A stretch of 64,000 bases of DNA from Leucoraja ocellata (Eukaryota). Positions 1 through 13,049 of the stretch are shown piece by piece (the stretch's first letter is position 1; the number at the start of each line of letters is the position of its first letter). The DNA lies in NCBI GenBank assembly GCA_036785375.1, contig JAWMAR010000314.1:2666001-2730000 (forward strand). Reading direction: 5' to 3'. The position numbers and the translations under genes were made by a program. The notes beneath the pieces are model-generated. The model saw only the letters and a list, made by a program, of their open reading frames with translations, was not told the origin of the DNA and did not search any database.

Positions 1-300
1 CAGTACATTGTCAGTGACCCTACACACCAACATGTCCACATTTAGATGGAAAACACACAGGATAAACTGCAACCTCGTCTCCTTGGTATTTTACCCCACA
101 CACATGAATTATATTCAACATAAAGTCTCCGACTTTACAGAATTGTCCTGTGCACTTTGACCAGTCGGTACCAGAACTCTGCTGTCGTTGTGAATGCTGC
201 ACATTGCAACGGTGCGGCGGTGAGGCTGTCAGTGTGGGCAGTGACTGACCTAAAGGAGGAGTCACCACCTCTCGTTCTCATCACCTTTTATCACCTCCAG

Positions 301-3300
301 CTGGCTGGCTCGCACCGACCCCAAGGATGTTGCTCGTGTGGAGAGACAAACGGTGATTGTCACCCCTGAACAGCGGGATGCCGTTCCCATAGCGAAGAAC
401 GGAGAGAGCCAGCTGGGCCGATGGCTGTCCGAGAAGGAATTTGAGAAGGCCTTCACCGCACGATTCCCAGAGTGTATGAAAGGTAAAAGGCGTTGATTCA
501 ATCTGTAATATTTCCCAGCTACTACTTTACGTTGATTAGAGAGTTACGCTCATTAACGGTTCAATAATAATGCCAGAGTCATTGATCTTCAGTGTAGATC
601 TTACCAGGCCCCAAGCTACATGGCATTTGGCCACATTCCTCAGCAGTTAAATTACCTAATGTGGTTCCACATCTACACTGAGGAACCAGGATACCTGCAG
701 CTGGTCTGGTCAACCCTGAATTCAAACTGTGAATATTGTGAACACATTTCCTGTCTGCACCAATTGTTCACAGTGGCTGGTCCGTGCCATATTACAGTGT
801 AGCGTGAATAAATACAGGAATCTACCGTATGTGACAATGTAGACAGGTGCAGTAACTATAGTTAAAACTCTACAGTGCTTCACATTTGGTAATAAGGCAT
901 TCTCCAGTGAGCTTCTGCTCCAGCAGTGCCCATGGACTGACCTCCTTGCTTTGAATCTCCAGGCCGTACGATGTACCTGATCCCGTTCAGCATGGGGCCC
1001 GTGGAGTCGCCTCTGAGCAAGTTTGGCGTCCAGCTCACGGACTCGCCCTACGTTGTAGCCAGCATGAGGATCATGACTCGTATGGGAGCGGCTGTGCTGG
1101 AGGCGCTGGGCAGCGGCCAGTTTGTGAAGTGTCTCCACTCAGTGGGCTGTCCTCTACCACTGAAGAGTAAGTGTGGTCCTGCTGTTTGAACGGCTTGTGC
1201 TGTGTGGATGATGGGGGAAGGGGTTGTTGTGTACTTTGAGGCAGAAACTTTGTATTGGGCCTGTGGTGACAATCTCCGTCTTGCTTGCAGAGCCACTGGT
1301 CAATAACTGGGCCTGCAACCCGGACCTCATCCTGGTCGCCCACATTCCTCAGCGCATGGAGATCACTTCATACGGGAGTGGCTACGGCGGCAACTCGCTG
1401 CTGGGGAAGAAATGCTTTGCCCTGCGCATTGCGTCGAGGATGGGCAGGGACGAGGGCTGGCTGGCTGAACACATGCTGGTGAGTAGATTCAAGATTCAAG
1501 ATTCAAGATAGATTTAATTGTCACGTGTGCCTGATGGCAAAGTGAAATGAATTTCCATACAGCCATACAATAAAAATCAACAGGACACAACGCACTATAG
1601 GGTTTGACATAAAACATCCCCACACAGCAGAATCAAAGTTCCCCACTGTGTGGGAAGGCACCAAAGTCAGTCTCTTCCTCCACTATTCCCCGTGGTCAGG
1701 GCCTCCCCGTGCCCTCCGCAGTTGCCGCTACGGGCGGCCCGATGTTCAGGACCGCACGCTGGGGTGTTAAAAGTCCGACGTCGGGGCTGCGGGATGTCCT
1801 CAGCGGCGTGGACACAGAGTCGGCCCCCTCCTACCGGAGTCTGCGGCTTCCAAAGTCCGCAGGCCGCGCCGGGTGGAGACTGCTGCTGGCGACCCTCTAC
1901 AAGGCGCCCCAGGACTCCACGATGCCGTTCAGCACTGCCCGCGTTGGAAGCTCTCCGCACCAGAGCTCCACGATGTTGGAGCAGCGGCCCAACGCCCCGG
2001 AGCTCCAAACGGCGACCCAGGTCGGCATCGCCCGCTCCGCGGTGACTCCAGCGCTGCGCCGCTGCTGTAGCAGCCCTGGTCCAGGTTCCCGGTCCCCGGC
2101 AGGAAAGGCCGCTCCGATCCAGCTGGTAGGCCGCGAGGTGGGGGGCGAGGACGCGACTCGGAGAAATAGTCGCGTCCCCGCCAGGAAGCTGAGAAACGGT
2201 TTCCCCCTTACCCTGCCCCCCTCCCCCACATAGAAAAGTAAAAGTTTCCCCCAACACAACACTTTGGACTAACTAAAAATAATAGAAAATACAGAAATAA
2301 CAGACAGGCTGTAGGTAGAGGCTGCTGCCAGTGCAGCGCCCCCTAGAGGGGGAGTAGAGGGGGAGGGGGGGGGGGGGGGGGCTGCTCCTTGTGGAGCCAC
2401 GGCTGGAGGGTTAGTCAGCAGCTGCAGATTATCAGTAACCTGGCTTTGCTCCCAGCGTCTGACCCGCCTCTCCCCTTCCTTCCTTCCACAGATCATGGGT
2501 GTGACCAACCCCAAAGGCCAGAAGAAGTACATTGCTGCCGCGTTCCCCAGCGCTTGTGGCAAAACTAACATGGCCATGATGAAGCCCACACTGCCCGGCT
2601 GGAAGGTGGAGTGTGTGGGAGATGACATCGCCTGGATGAAGTTTGATGAGCAAGGTTTGTGGGTTTTGACAATTCTCCACAGTTGAAATCAAATGAAACA
2701 AAATATTGAGGAAATTGTCCAATTTATTCCAAGCCTCGTGCCTGGTGTGAGAATGGTTAACCCTGTTAACAAAGATCTTCCTGCTCCTCTCCACAGGAAT
2801 CCTGAGGGCAATCAACCCTGAGAACGGCTTTTTCGGCGTTGCCCCCGGGACATCCGTGAAAACCAACCCAAACGCTATGAAAACCATCCATGAGAACACC
2901 ATTTTTACCAACGTGGCAGAGACCAGTGATGGCGGCGTTTACTGGGAAGGAATCGACGAAATCCTTCCTCCCCACATCACAGTGACTTCCTGGAGGAACA
3001 AACGGTGGACACCAGAAGATGGGGAACCTTGTTCACACCCCAACTCCAGGTTCTGCTCTCCTGCCAGCCAGTGCCCAATCATGGACCCAGACTGGGAGTC
3101 TCTCAATGGCGTTCCCATTGAAGCAATTATCTTTGGAGGGCGGAGGCCGAGAGGTATGGACGTGTATTCTGTAAAGGAGCACTCACAAGCATTAGACGGT
3201 CAGTGTGTGGGTTAATGACAATGTACTGAACCACTGCTCAATGTGCTCCACCGCTTTTCTTAACAGGACCTTTGTAAGTTTGATCTTGTCTAACTAACCT

Positions 3301-6300
3301 GATTTGAAATGTTTGCTGCAGGCTCTGTCATACAACTGAAGACCTATGCGCTATCTGTAGTGTACCTTGTGGCAGGGTTTGGACATTTGCCACAAGGTAT
3401 ACTATAATGCCATACATTATTCCTCCATAAATTGGCAGAGAAACTGGTTATTATTTTAGAACTGTTATGGGACCTGCAGTCATGTGAGCTGCCCATCATA
3501 TTTTCTTCATTACATCAGTCACTCTGCCCCGACACACTTGATTGGCTGGCAGACTAAGAGGGAAGCTGAGGTTGTGATAGGGAGGTCGAGTCATGCAGCA
3601 GTCATGCAGCAGTCATGAAGCAGTCATGAAGCAGTCATGCAGTAGTCATGAAGCAGTCATGCAGCAGTCATGCAGTAGTCATGAAACAGTCATGCAACAG
3701 TCATGAAGCAGACGTGCAGCAGTCATGCAGTAGTCATGAAGCAGTCGTGCAGCAGTAATGAAGCAGTCATGCAGCAGTAATGAAGCAGTCATGCAGCAGT
3801 CATGCAGCAGTGATGAAGTAGTCATGCAGCAGTCTTGCAGCAGGGAACCAGGCCATTTGGCCCAATCATGTCCATGCTGCCCAGTGGGTATCCTTAGTGA
3901 TCTCTCGCTTTCCAGTACTTGGCCTTCCATGCCTAAGTGATTGAAGTGTTCACTTTGGCACTTGGATGCTGCCCGCGACCTTGTTTCCACCTCTCTCTCT
4001 CGCACCGTATTCCAGGTACTCGTCACTAGATAGTGGGTGAAAATGAACTCCCTCAGACCTCCTCTAAATCTCTAGTACTCCGTACCCTAAACTTACGGCA
4101 TATCCAGTCTACTCCGCCATTCAATCATGGCTGATCTATCTTTCCCTCTCAACCCCATTCTCCTGCCTTCTCCCCATAATCCCTGACGCCCGCACAAAAT
4201 TTGTCGTGGCCTGCCAGCCTGGCTGTGTAGTTGTACAGAGTACTTGCGGTCCACCCTATATACACCATAATCACGACCCCTCTTAACATCCTCCACTGCA
4301 GGATAAACAGACCCAGTCGGACCAGCCTCCTATTATTGAAGCACTCCATGCTCAGCACCATCCTATGTTAATGCAAGTTCCCCTCATCTGTGCTTTATCC
4401 TGCCTACTGCAGGGGTTTATAAGCTGCCAGTGCCAGACGGGGCTGATTCACCCTGCTGTGGGACGGGCAGTGAGCTGCCACAGTGCCTTTAATGGGTCCG
4501 TCTGCGAGCGACGTTTCACGGCTCCCAGAGACCTGATGCAGTCGGACGCAAACTGCACAAAGGTTCCAAAATGGTGGAAAGAAGCAGAGGGTGGCTGAAG
4601 TGGTACTGATTCTGTGGTCATGGTGGGGTGGGCTGGGCTGGGCTTGAACAGTGGAGGTCAGGGCAGTGGTGGAGGTGGGAGTCAGGCAGGGAGGTTGACT
4701 AGTGATGGGACTCTGTCTGCGATGGATGTTCTCAGGGAAGGTCTGCTTGGGCATGGGAGGCCCCGCTCTGTGAATGGACTGCACTGGAGCATGTGTTGGA
4801 AGAAACTGCAGATGCTGGTATAAACCGAACATAGACACGAAAAGCTGGAGAACCAGAAAGTAAGATGCAAAATGAAGGAGCACCTTGACGAGTGTTGATC
4901 ACCGTTGGATACATCCTAGGGCCTTGGGTCAGACACACAGAGGATCCAGAACCATGCTGTTCAGAAAATGCTCAGGATGTGCAGAGTGATTGTTTTTCTG
5001 GTAGAATATCCTGACCCCTCTCTTCTGGTGCATTCCGACCCACAAATTCAACGAGAAGGCTAGCGCACACTTCAGTCCTCCTGTGGTAAACGTGACTTTG
5101 TGAATGTGCTGAACAGTAAACCCTCACAATATGTAGCAGATTTTGGTTCTGGTGGACGGAGGCTCCCCTTACACAGCCTCATCCGACTTGCACGAGTTTC
5201 CCATTGAGCTGGCGTCTGGTTGAGGGAGCAGGGAGTGCGAGCAGCATGAAGATGGCGTGATTACCGGGCCCATCCCTGGCCTGTGCACCCACTGCACGTG
5301 GGGCCAGAGGGCTCTGCAGTTCCCTGGCCTGTGAATTCCTGCTTGTTTTTAACAATAGACAATAGGTGCAAGAGTAGGCCATTCAGCCCTTCAAACTAGC
5401 ACCGCCATTCACTGTGATCATGGCTGATCATCCACATTCAGTACCCCGTTCCTACCTTCTCACCGTATCCCCTGACTCCGCTAATCTTTAAGAGCTCTAT
5501 CTCACTCTCAACTCTTCAATCTCCCCCAACGCCCTCCTCCTTCCCTTCTCCCAGCCTTGGGTTAAACTTTACCCCCTCACTGGGTTACAGTGGACATTAG
5601 GCAATAATGGACACCAACCGCCATGGTCCATTATTGCGAGGGTTCACTGTATGTTGCGGGCATCACTAAAGTGTCACTTCCATTGTGCCTATTTCCAGAT
5701 CGACACCAGGATGATGCAGATTGTCCATCCAACTGACAGCAACTCATAACATGGGTGGGGACAGGGAGGAATGGTTTGAACAATACAGACCCATTTCACA
5801 TTCTAGAGCCGATTTCACCATCAAAGACATTGTGTTCTGTTCCAGGTGTCCCTCTGGTGTATGAAGCCTTCAACTGGCAGCACGGAGTTTTCATCGGAGC
5901 AGCCATGAGATCCGAGGCTACAGCTGCAGCTGAGCACAAAGGTACGAGAGTGGGACAGGGAGCACAGTGAGACTGTCGTGTCAGTTTTGTCCTCAGCTCC
6001 AAAGCAAGGAATTATCAACCACTGAGGAATTGCAGCAAAGGCTGTCAGACTAATCCCTGGGATTGCAGGCCTTTTATAGTTACATGGAATAGTACAGGAA
6101 CAAGTCCGTTTGGCCCATGGTGTCTGTGCCAACCAGGATACAAAATTAGAGTCATCCCTTCTGCGCACAAATGATCCATATTCCTCCATTCCCTTTATAT
6201 CCATGTGTCCATCTAAAAGCCTGTTAAAAGCCTACCATATATGCTTCGTATCTGCTAACACCACCACCTCTGGGAATGTGTTCCAGGCACCGACCACTCT

Positions 6301-9300
6301 CAGTGTAAATTAAACTTGTCACGCATATCTCCTTTAAACTTACCCCCTCTCATTTTTAAGTATTCTAGTATTTGACATTTCCACCGTGGGATAAGGGTTC
6401 TGAGAGTCTACTCAATGCCTCTCATCCATATTACAAAAATCTGATCTTGACCGATTTTGGCCCACTGTGCTGCGATTTCCGACAGAACGCCACCACCTAC
6501 GGCCGTCATTTTTGGCCACATCGCTCAGAGCCCCCCTCCGCCTTATGGGTGTGGAGGATTTTTCCCATCGATGACAAATCAGAGAGATATTAATATATAT
6601 TTTTTAAATCACCATTCTCTCTGCTGCCCCTGCTGGAAAGGAGGGGGAGGAACTATAAAACCAGGGAGTGGTGTGCCTCCGTCTCTGCAAGATGGATGAA
6701 ACCAAGGGCCACGTCTCTCTGAGCTCTGAATAACACTGAACAAATGTCTACACAACTGTGAGTCCCCTTAATGTGGTTTGAAAATGAAAATATGGTTTGT
6801 TTAAAGTACAAAGGCCCTGCCTGCAAATGGTGGTTTGGGTGCTTTGGCTTGAAGTTGAAAGGCACTGCTTACTGCAAATGGTGGCTTGGGTGCTTTGGCT
6901 TGAAGTTGAAAGGAACTACTTACTACAAATGGTGGCTTGGGAGCTTTGGCTTGAAGTTGAAAGGCACTACTTACTGCAAATGGTGGCTTGGGTGTTTTGG
7001 TTTAAAGTTGAAAGCCACTACCTACTGCAAATGGTGGCTTGGGAGCTTTGGCAAAGTCGAAAGGCACTAATTACTGCAAATGGTGGCTTGGGTGCTTTGG
7101 CTTGAAGTTGAAAGGCACTACTTACTGCAAATGGTGGCTTAGGTGCTTTGGCTTGAAGTTAAGAGGCACTACTGCAAATGCACTTACGTCCTGTTTGCAC
7201 TGTACATTGATTTTAGATAAAACGCCACTACTTACGGCTGTGATTTTTGGCCATCTTACTCGGTCCCCCTCCGCCGAGCAGGTGCAGAGAATTCTTCCCA
7301 TCAATGAAAAATAAAAGTGTTATTAGTGTTTAAAAAATGTTGAGAATCTCTCTCCCGTCAATCTCGCCATGAAAGCCACACCTTTTCCGGAGGGAGGGGG
7401 AGTGGTTATAAAACCCGGAAATGTGGGTGTGGCTCGGTCTCTGCATGATGGGGGAGGGAGAGGTCACGACTGTCTGAGCTGTGAATCAACTGAACACACT
7501 GAATTTCTACTGAACTGTGTTTTGTGTGGTTTTATGGTGGTTCACCCTGCATGAAATGGTATGAAAGCTGCATTTGAATTTGGTGGCCTTGCGCCCTGCT
7601 GGAAATGGAATGAAATTGCACTTGAATTTGGTGGCCTTGCACCCTACTTGAAATGGTAGGAACATGGATTTGAATTTGGTGGCCTTGCACCCTGCTTGAA
7701 AGGAAATTTCAAGGAATAGTCATGAGTCAACTGCCAGCCCACCAGCTGTGAGTGAGCTGCCAGCAGATCAGGCTTGAGGGACTGAGCTGCCACCCCAAGA
7801 ACCCATACCAGCACTCCAGAAAGCCCCCCCCCCCCCCCCACTGGCCACCAATATTGGAATTGGTGGAGAGGTGGAATATTGCGTCGGGGAACCAGCCCTC
7901 CCGTGTGAACATGGGACCCAACGGGTCCCACTTAGTCTAGTAATTTTATAAACTTCTATCAGGTTCTTCAGAGTTCGCTGCTCCTGAGAAAAGAAATCCA
8001 ACTTTGCTCAACCTCCCCTAAGGGCTAAAACCCTTTAATTCAGGCAGCATCTTGATAAACCTCTTCTGCACCCTCCCCAAAGCCCCGCACCTTTCCTGGA
8101 ATGAGGCGGACGTAAATCCATACATTCTCCCAAATGTGGCCTCAGCAACGTTTCATAATGCGGAAACTTGACTTTCTGACTCTTCTGCTCAATGTAATTA
8201 CTGTTGAAAGTATCCCATATGCATCCTTTCCCACTCCATCTAGTTACGTTACCACTTTCCACTTTCTTGGATTTGGGCCCTAAGATTCAGGGAGCTATGG
8301 ATTTGGGCTCCAAGAGAGGGGTTAGTGCCGTTAAGTGTTCTGCCGTGAATTGTATACTTTTCCTTTACATTTAACCTCGCAAAGCGAAACAACTTCATTG
8401 CACAAGTTAAACTCCACCTGCCATGTCTCCACTCACATTCGTAACTGGTCTATATTCTGTTGAATCCTTTGTCTTCATTCTGCACTGTCATAACCCCACG
8501 AATGGTTGTGCTGTCTACAACCTAAAGCCCCTGTCCCACTTTCCCGAGTTACTCACAAATTCTCCCGAGTTTTCCCCTTGATTCAAACTCAGAGAATGTC
8601 CGTAGCGAATCCATAGGAGTCCGTAGATATTTCGTAGCGGCTCGTATTGCCAGCTGTAGGTATTCGGGGCATCAGGTAAGTCGGGACGTTTTTTCAGCAT
8701 GTTGAAAAATGTCCATGAGTAGAAAAAGTAGCCCCGAGTACCTACGTCTGGCATCTCCGAGTTTGAATCAAGGGGAAAACTCGGGAGAATCATGAGTAAC
8801 TCGGGAAAGTGGGACAGGGGCTTTACTAATCAACCATCTACATTTTTGTCTAACCCATTTAAACAGAGCGCCCAGCACAGATCCCTGTAGAACACCATCG
8901 GCCTTAGACCTAGAGCCAGAATAGCACCCTTGCACTACCTTCTATCTTCTATGGGTAAACCAGTTGTGAATCCAAACCACCAAATTATTGCTGACCCCAC
9001 GCATCTTAATCTTCTGGACCAGCCTAACATGAAGAAAGTTTTCAAATGCCGTTTACAAAATCCATGCAGGCAACATCCACTGCCCTCCGCTCTTCAATCA
9101 CCTTTATCACCTTTACAAAGACAAATTTGTCACCATGTCATGGACAAAGTCATGCTAACTCTCTAATTTTCTCTTCCAAATGTGAGTCAATCCAATCTCT
9201 AATTATCCGCTCCAATAGCCTCCTTACTACTAATGTGAGTACTCCTCCTATAATTTCCTGCATTATTCCTATTTCCCTTCTTAAACAAAGGAACAACATT

Positions 9301-12300
9301 GGCTATTTTCCAGTTCTCTGGGACTTTGCCTGTGACGAGAGGATATAAAAATGTTGTCAAGCCCTAGAAATCTCCTTCCTTGTCTCCCTCAAAATAACCA
9401 GAGATCGATCCTATAGGAACCTTGGAACTTATCCTCCTGAATTCTATTTTAGACCTAACAGCCCCTCCTCCATGATCTCACAATGTCTTAACCTATTGGT
9501 GTTCCCTACACTGACCTCACTATCCTCCACACACTTCTCCTTGGTGACCCTTCATTTCAAATGTATGTATAAAAAGCCTTGGAATTCTCTTTAATCGGTC
9601 TTGTCGATGACATTCCATGAACTCTGTTGGTCCTCCTGATTCCTTGCTTGAGTTATTTCCTGTTTTCATTTTACTTTATGTTCCTGTCTAATTTAATCTT
9701 CCTAAATCTTGCATGCTCTTCCCGTTCCTTTTTGGCTAAATTTACAATCTCTCTAGTCATCCAAGACCCTGTTACGTTGCCCTTCTTATCCTGCCTCCTA
9801 ACTGGTACAATCCGGTCCTGAACGCAGACTCCCACATGTCAGGTGTAGATTTAACCCATAACAACTCCTCCCAATTTAGTCTCTCTCGCTCCTGCCTAAT
9901 ACTGTTTTAATTTGCCCTCCCCCAATTTAGTACTTTCCCCCAAGGTCCAGACATTCTTATTCATAACTATCTTAAAACTGAAGGATTTGTGATCACTGTT
10001 CCCAAAATGTTCTATAACTGAAGAAGGGTCTCGACCTGAAATGTCACCTATCCCTCTTCTTCAGAGATGCTGCCTAACCCGCTGAGTTACGCCAGCTTTT
10101 TGTGGCTATTGCCACTCACCGAGCCAGGCTTGTTTCCAGTATAAAGTTGAGTATGTTTCCTCCACTTGTTGGACTATCTACGTACTGATTCAAGATACCC
10201 TCCTGAATACACCCAACAAATTCTGTCTCATCTAAACAATTGTAGAGAGGAAGTCCTCGTCAACATTAGGCAACACAACAAACATTGCTTTTACATCTTT
10301 ACATAATATTGTCTACAGACCTGTTAAGAGGAGCTGTTCGGTCTTCCAATTGGCTATTGGGAGGCCTATAGAATACTCATTCGAGCGATTGCACCTTTTT
10401 TTTGAGAAGAGGTTGAGATCCCTTGGCCTTTATTCACCTTGGAAGAATGAGAGGAAAGGAACACAAATTGTGATTTTGAGAGACACAAAATGCTGGAGTA
10501 ACTCAGCGGGTCAGGCAGCATCTCTGGACAGAAGGAATAGGTAACGTTTCGGGTCAAGACCCTTCTTCAGACTGAGAGTCGGGAGAGGGAAACCAGAAAT
10601 ATGAAAAGGTAGCAAACCAGGAAAGGTGGAGCCCACAACGGTCCATTGTTGGCTGTGGACAAGGTACTAACAAAGGGATAGGGACAGTGAAACCAGCAGG
10701 ACGACTAGGGTGGGGGAGGGACAGAGAGAGAGGGAATGCAAGGGTGACTTGAAATTACAGGTAATACTAGACTAAGTGGGACCCGTTGGGTCCCAGCATC
10801 ACACGAAGGGCTGGTCACCAACGCAATATTCCACCTCTCCACCAATTCCAATATTGCTCGCCAGTGGGGTGGGGGTGGCTTTCTGTTGCGCTAGTATGGG
10901 TGTTGCGGGCTGAAGGTACTGGTATCCAGAGAGCTAGTATAGACATTGTGGACTGAATGGATTCTTGGGCTGGCAGCCAACTGCTGCAACGATTTAAAAA
11001 GCCAAGCCAAGGCAAACAATTTGGCTGCAGCCACCCGACAACTAAAATTCACTTTGCGAACACAAACTTTTTAAAAAGACGAGGCAAACAATTGTGCAGC
11101 AGCCACTTACAGCTTTAGAGCCGCATCGAGGGGACTCACCGTGGAGTAGACGTGCGTTCAGTGTTATTCGCAGCTAAGAGTGCCGTGACCCTCTCGCTTC
11201 CTGGGTCTGGCAGAGACTGAGTGAGGGACTACACTTCCGGGTTTTATAGTCCCTCCCCCCTGCCGCCAGCGGAGGAAGCAGAGAGAATGGTGAATTTTTT
11301 TAAAACATTAATATCTCTCTGATTTTTCATCGATGGGAAAAATCCTCCGGTCCCGGAAGGCGTAGGGGGGCTTCTGAGCAAGCTGGTTAAACACGGCCAT
11401 AGGTAGCGCCGTTCTCCCGGAAATCGCAGCACAGTAGGCCAAAAGCGGTCAAGATCAGACTTTTAGTAATATAGATTCATACCGCTGGGTTGTAAGATGC
11501 CCAAGCGAAATATGATGTGCTATTCCTCCAATTTGCATTGGGTCTCACTCTGACAGTGGAGGAGGCCCAGGTCAGGAAGGTCAGTGTAGGAATGGACAGG
11601 AGTGTTCATCTATTTCGTTTTTCCAGAGATACTGCCTGACTTGTTGAGTTACTCCAAGTATCTTGTGTCTATCTTCGATGTAAACCAGCATCTGCAGTTC
11701 CTTTCTACACATTGTGATAAAGGTAGACAGACTGGATACAGGGAACAAGTTTCCCTTGTCTGGATACAGGGAGGATGTTTCCCTTGGAACTGTGTCCCCT
11801 TCCCAAGCTCCAGGGGAAGGGGACACAGTTTCAGGATGTGGGGCAAGACATTTGCAATTTGTACCCCCTTGGCCGCGTGGGTTTTCTCTGAGATCTTTAG
11901 CTTCCTCCCACATTCCCAATATGTACAGGTTTGTAGGTTAATTGGCTTTGGTAGCAATGTAAATTGGTCCCTAGTACTGGTAGGATAGTGTTCATGTGCG
12001 GGGATCGCTGATCAGCGCCGACACTGTGGGATGAGAAGGGCCTGTTTCCGTGCTGTTCTAAACTAAACTCAACATTTAGGACTGAGGTGAGTACGTTTTT
12101 CATTCTGAGGGTGTGGGCCTTGTGGAATTCTCTAGCACAGTTGGTATGGAGACATGTCCACAAGATAGTTAAGACTCAACCATATTTACTCAAAAGGCCT
12201 CAAGAAGTATCGGGGGAGGCAGGAAGATGGGCCTCTCCAGCTCCCACTTCTCCGTGTCACTATTCGGGACCAGATGGGGTTTTCTGCGAATCTGCATCAA

Positions 12301-13049
12301 ATAATTGTATTCCTCAATGTAATGTGCCTAATTTCATATTGGAGGGATTTGAATATTTGCTTCCAGTTCCATGCCTTAGGATTACATCCAGTATCTTTAC
12401 CACAATGCTACATATCCTCTCACATACTCCATCTATTCAACATGAGATGGGGAACTTTACCCTAACATTTGAATCCAGGACAAATGTTGTGGCATACTGG
12501 GGTTTGTTTCCATAACTAACATCCCATTAGTCCCGTCATTCCCGTGCTCCTCTCGGTACCAGTTCTTTACGCCTCCTCTCTCGTTCTTCCTCAGGTAAGG
12601 TCATCATGCACGACCCTTTTGCCATGAGGCCTTTCTTCGGGTACAACTTTGGCAAGTACCTGTCGCACTGGCTCAGCATGGAGCACAGACCCCAGTGCAG
12701 ACTTCCCAAGATCTTCCACGTCAACTGGTTCCGCAAGGACAAGCAGAACAACTACCTGTGGCCCGGCTTTGGTGAGAACTCGCGGGTCCTGGAGTGGATG
12801 TTCCGTAGGATCGAGGGAGAGGACTGCGCCAAGCTCTCTCCCCTTGGCCTCATCCCCGCTGATGGTGCCCTGAACCTGGAGGGCCTGAACAATGTGAACA
12901 TGGAGGAGCTCTTCAGTGTCGAGAAGGAGTTCTGGGAAGAGGAAATAAGAGAGATCAGGAGATACTTTGATGAGCAAGTCAACGACGACCTTCCCAGTGA
13001 CGTGGCCAATCAGCTGGTGCAGTTAGAGCAGAGAATAAGTGACTTGTAA
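301..13049 (+). CDS. PCK1: PEPCK cytosolic [GTP], copy A; 5'-partial (exons 1-2 lie upstream of the window)
   Basis: GT-AG bounded coding exons 301-482 (182 nt), 963-1166 (204), 1291-1478 (188), 2492-2654 (163), 2797-3153 (357), 5846-5941 (96), 12595-13049 (455, ends TAA). Phases are consistent. Encodes PEPCK motifs [91 protein letters not shown]. Confidence 0.95.
1487..2352 (-). mobile_element. Non-autonomous retroelement (GC-rich body, short tandem-repeat tail) in intron 5 of copy A
   Basis: Absent from copies B-D. (attcaag)n tail at 1487-1507; gagtag duplicated on both sides. A related element lies at ~30620-31380. Confidence 0.7.
3590..3843. repeat. 11-bp minisatellite (gtcatgcagca)n
   Basis: More than 20 slightly degenerate units visible directly. 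Confidence 0.9.
6425..7940 (+). mobile_element. Non-autonomous Helitron with internal minisatellites
   Basis: 5' TC, subterminal hairpin gggacccaacgggtccc, 3' CTAG. Inserted between A and T with no TSD (host ctctca|taatttt). Internal ~59-bp tandem array at 6800-7180 and ~47-bp array at 7550-7710. Confidence 0.85.
7941..10400 (-). mobile_element. Old decayed CR1 LINE fragments, interrupted by the Helitron and MITE; continues at ~6070-6424
   Basis: Degenerate CR1 RT/C-terminal motifs on the minus strand (e.g. YETLLRPHL in ORF 8035-8262). Confidence 0.55.
8525..8823. mobile_element. MITE with long terminal inverted repeats (PIF/Harbinger-like or TA-targeting)
   Basis: aagcccctgtcccactttcccgagttactca ... 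tgagtaactcgggaaagtgggacaggggctt, flanked by TA on both sides. Confidence 0.8.
10475..11710. mobile_element. Penelope-related repeat fragments split by the Helitron
   Basis: ggagtaactcagcgggtcaggcagcatctctgg repeat motif, also seen at ~10020, 13890, 18215 and 42590. Family assignment is from recognition only. Confidence 0.45.
10767..11475 (-). mobile_element. Non-autonomous Helitron, short form of the same family
   Basis: Same TC...hairpin-CTAG termini on the minus strand. Host restores to gtaata|ttcatacc (AT target). Confidence 0.85.
11850..12062 (+). mobile_element. HE1/V-SINE-like SINE fragment
   Basis: gcgtgggttttctc...ttcctcccaca...aggttaattggc core and a CR1-type tail gggcctgtttccgtgctg. 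Confidence 0.55.

Noticed and set aside
1650-2262. Several long overlapping GC-rich ORFs
   Set aside because: They lie within a retroelement in intron 5 of copy A, have no recognisable domain, and are expected from high GC content.
3679-4026. Cys/His-rich ORF (LLHDCCMT repeats)
   Set aside because: Translation of an 11-bp minisatellite.
6771-7314. Repetitive ORFs ([17 protein letters not shown])n and a CRISPR-like look
   Set aside because: A 59-bp minisatellite inside a Helitron. There are no unique spacers, the DNA is eukaryotic, and the period is not a multiple of 3.
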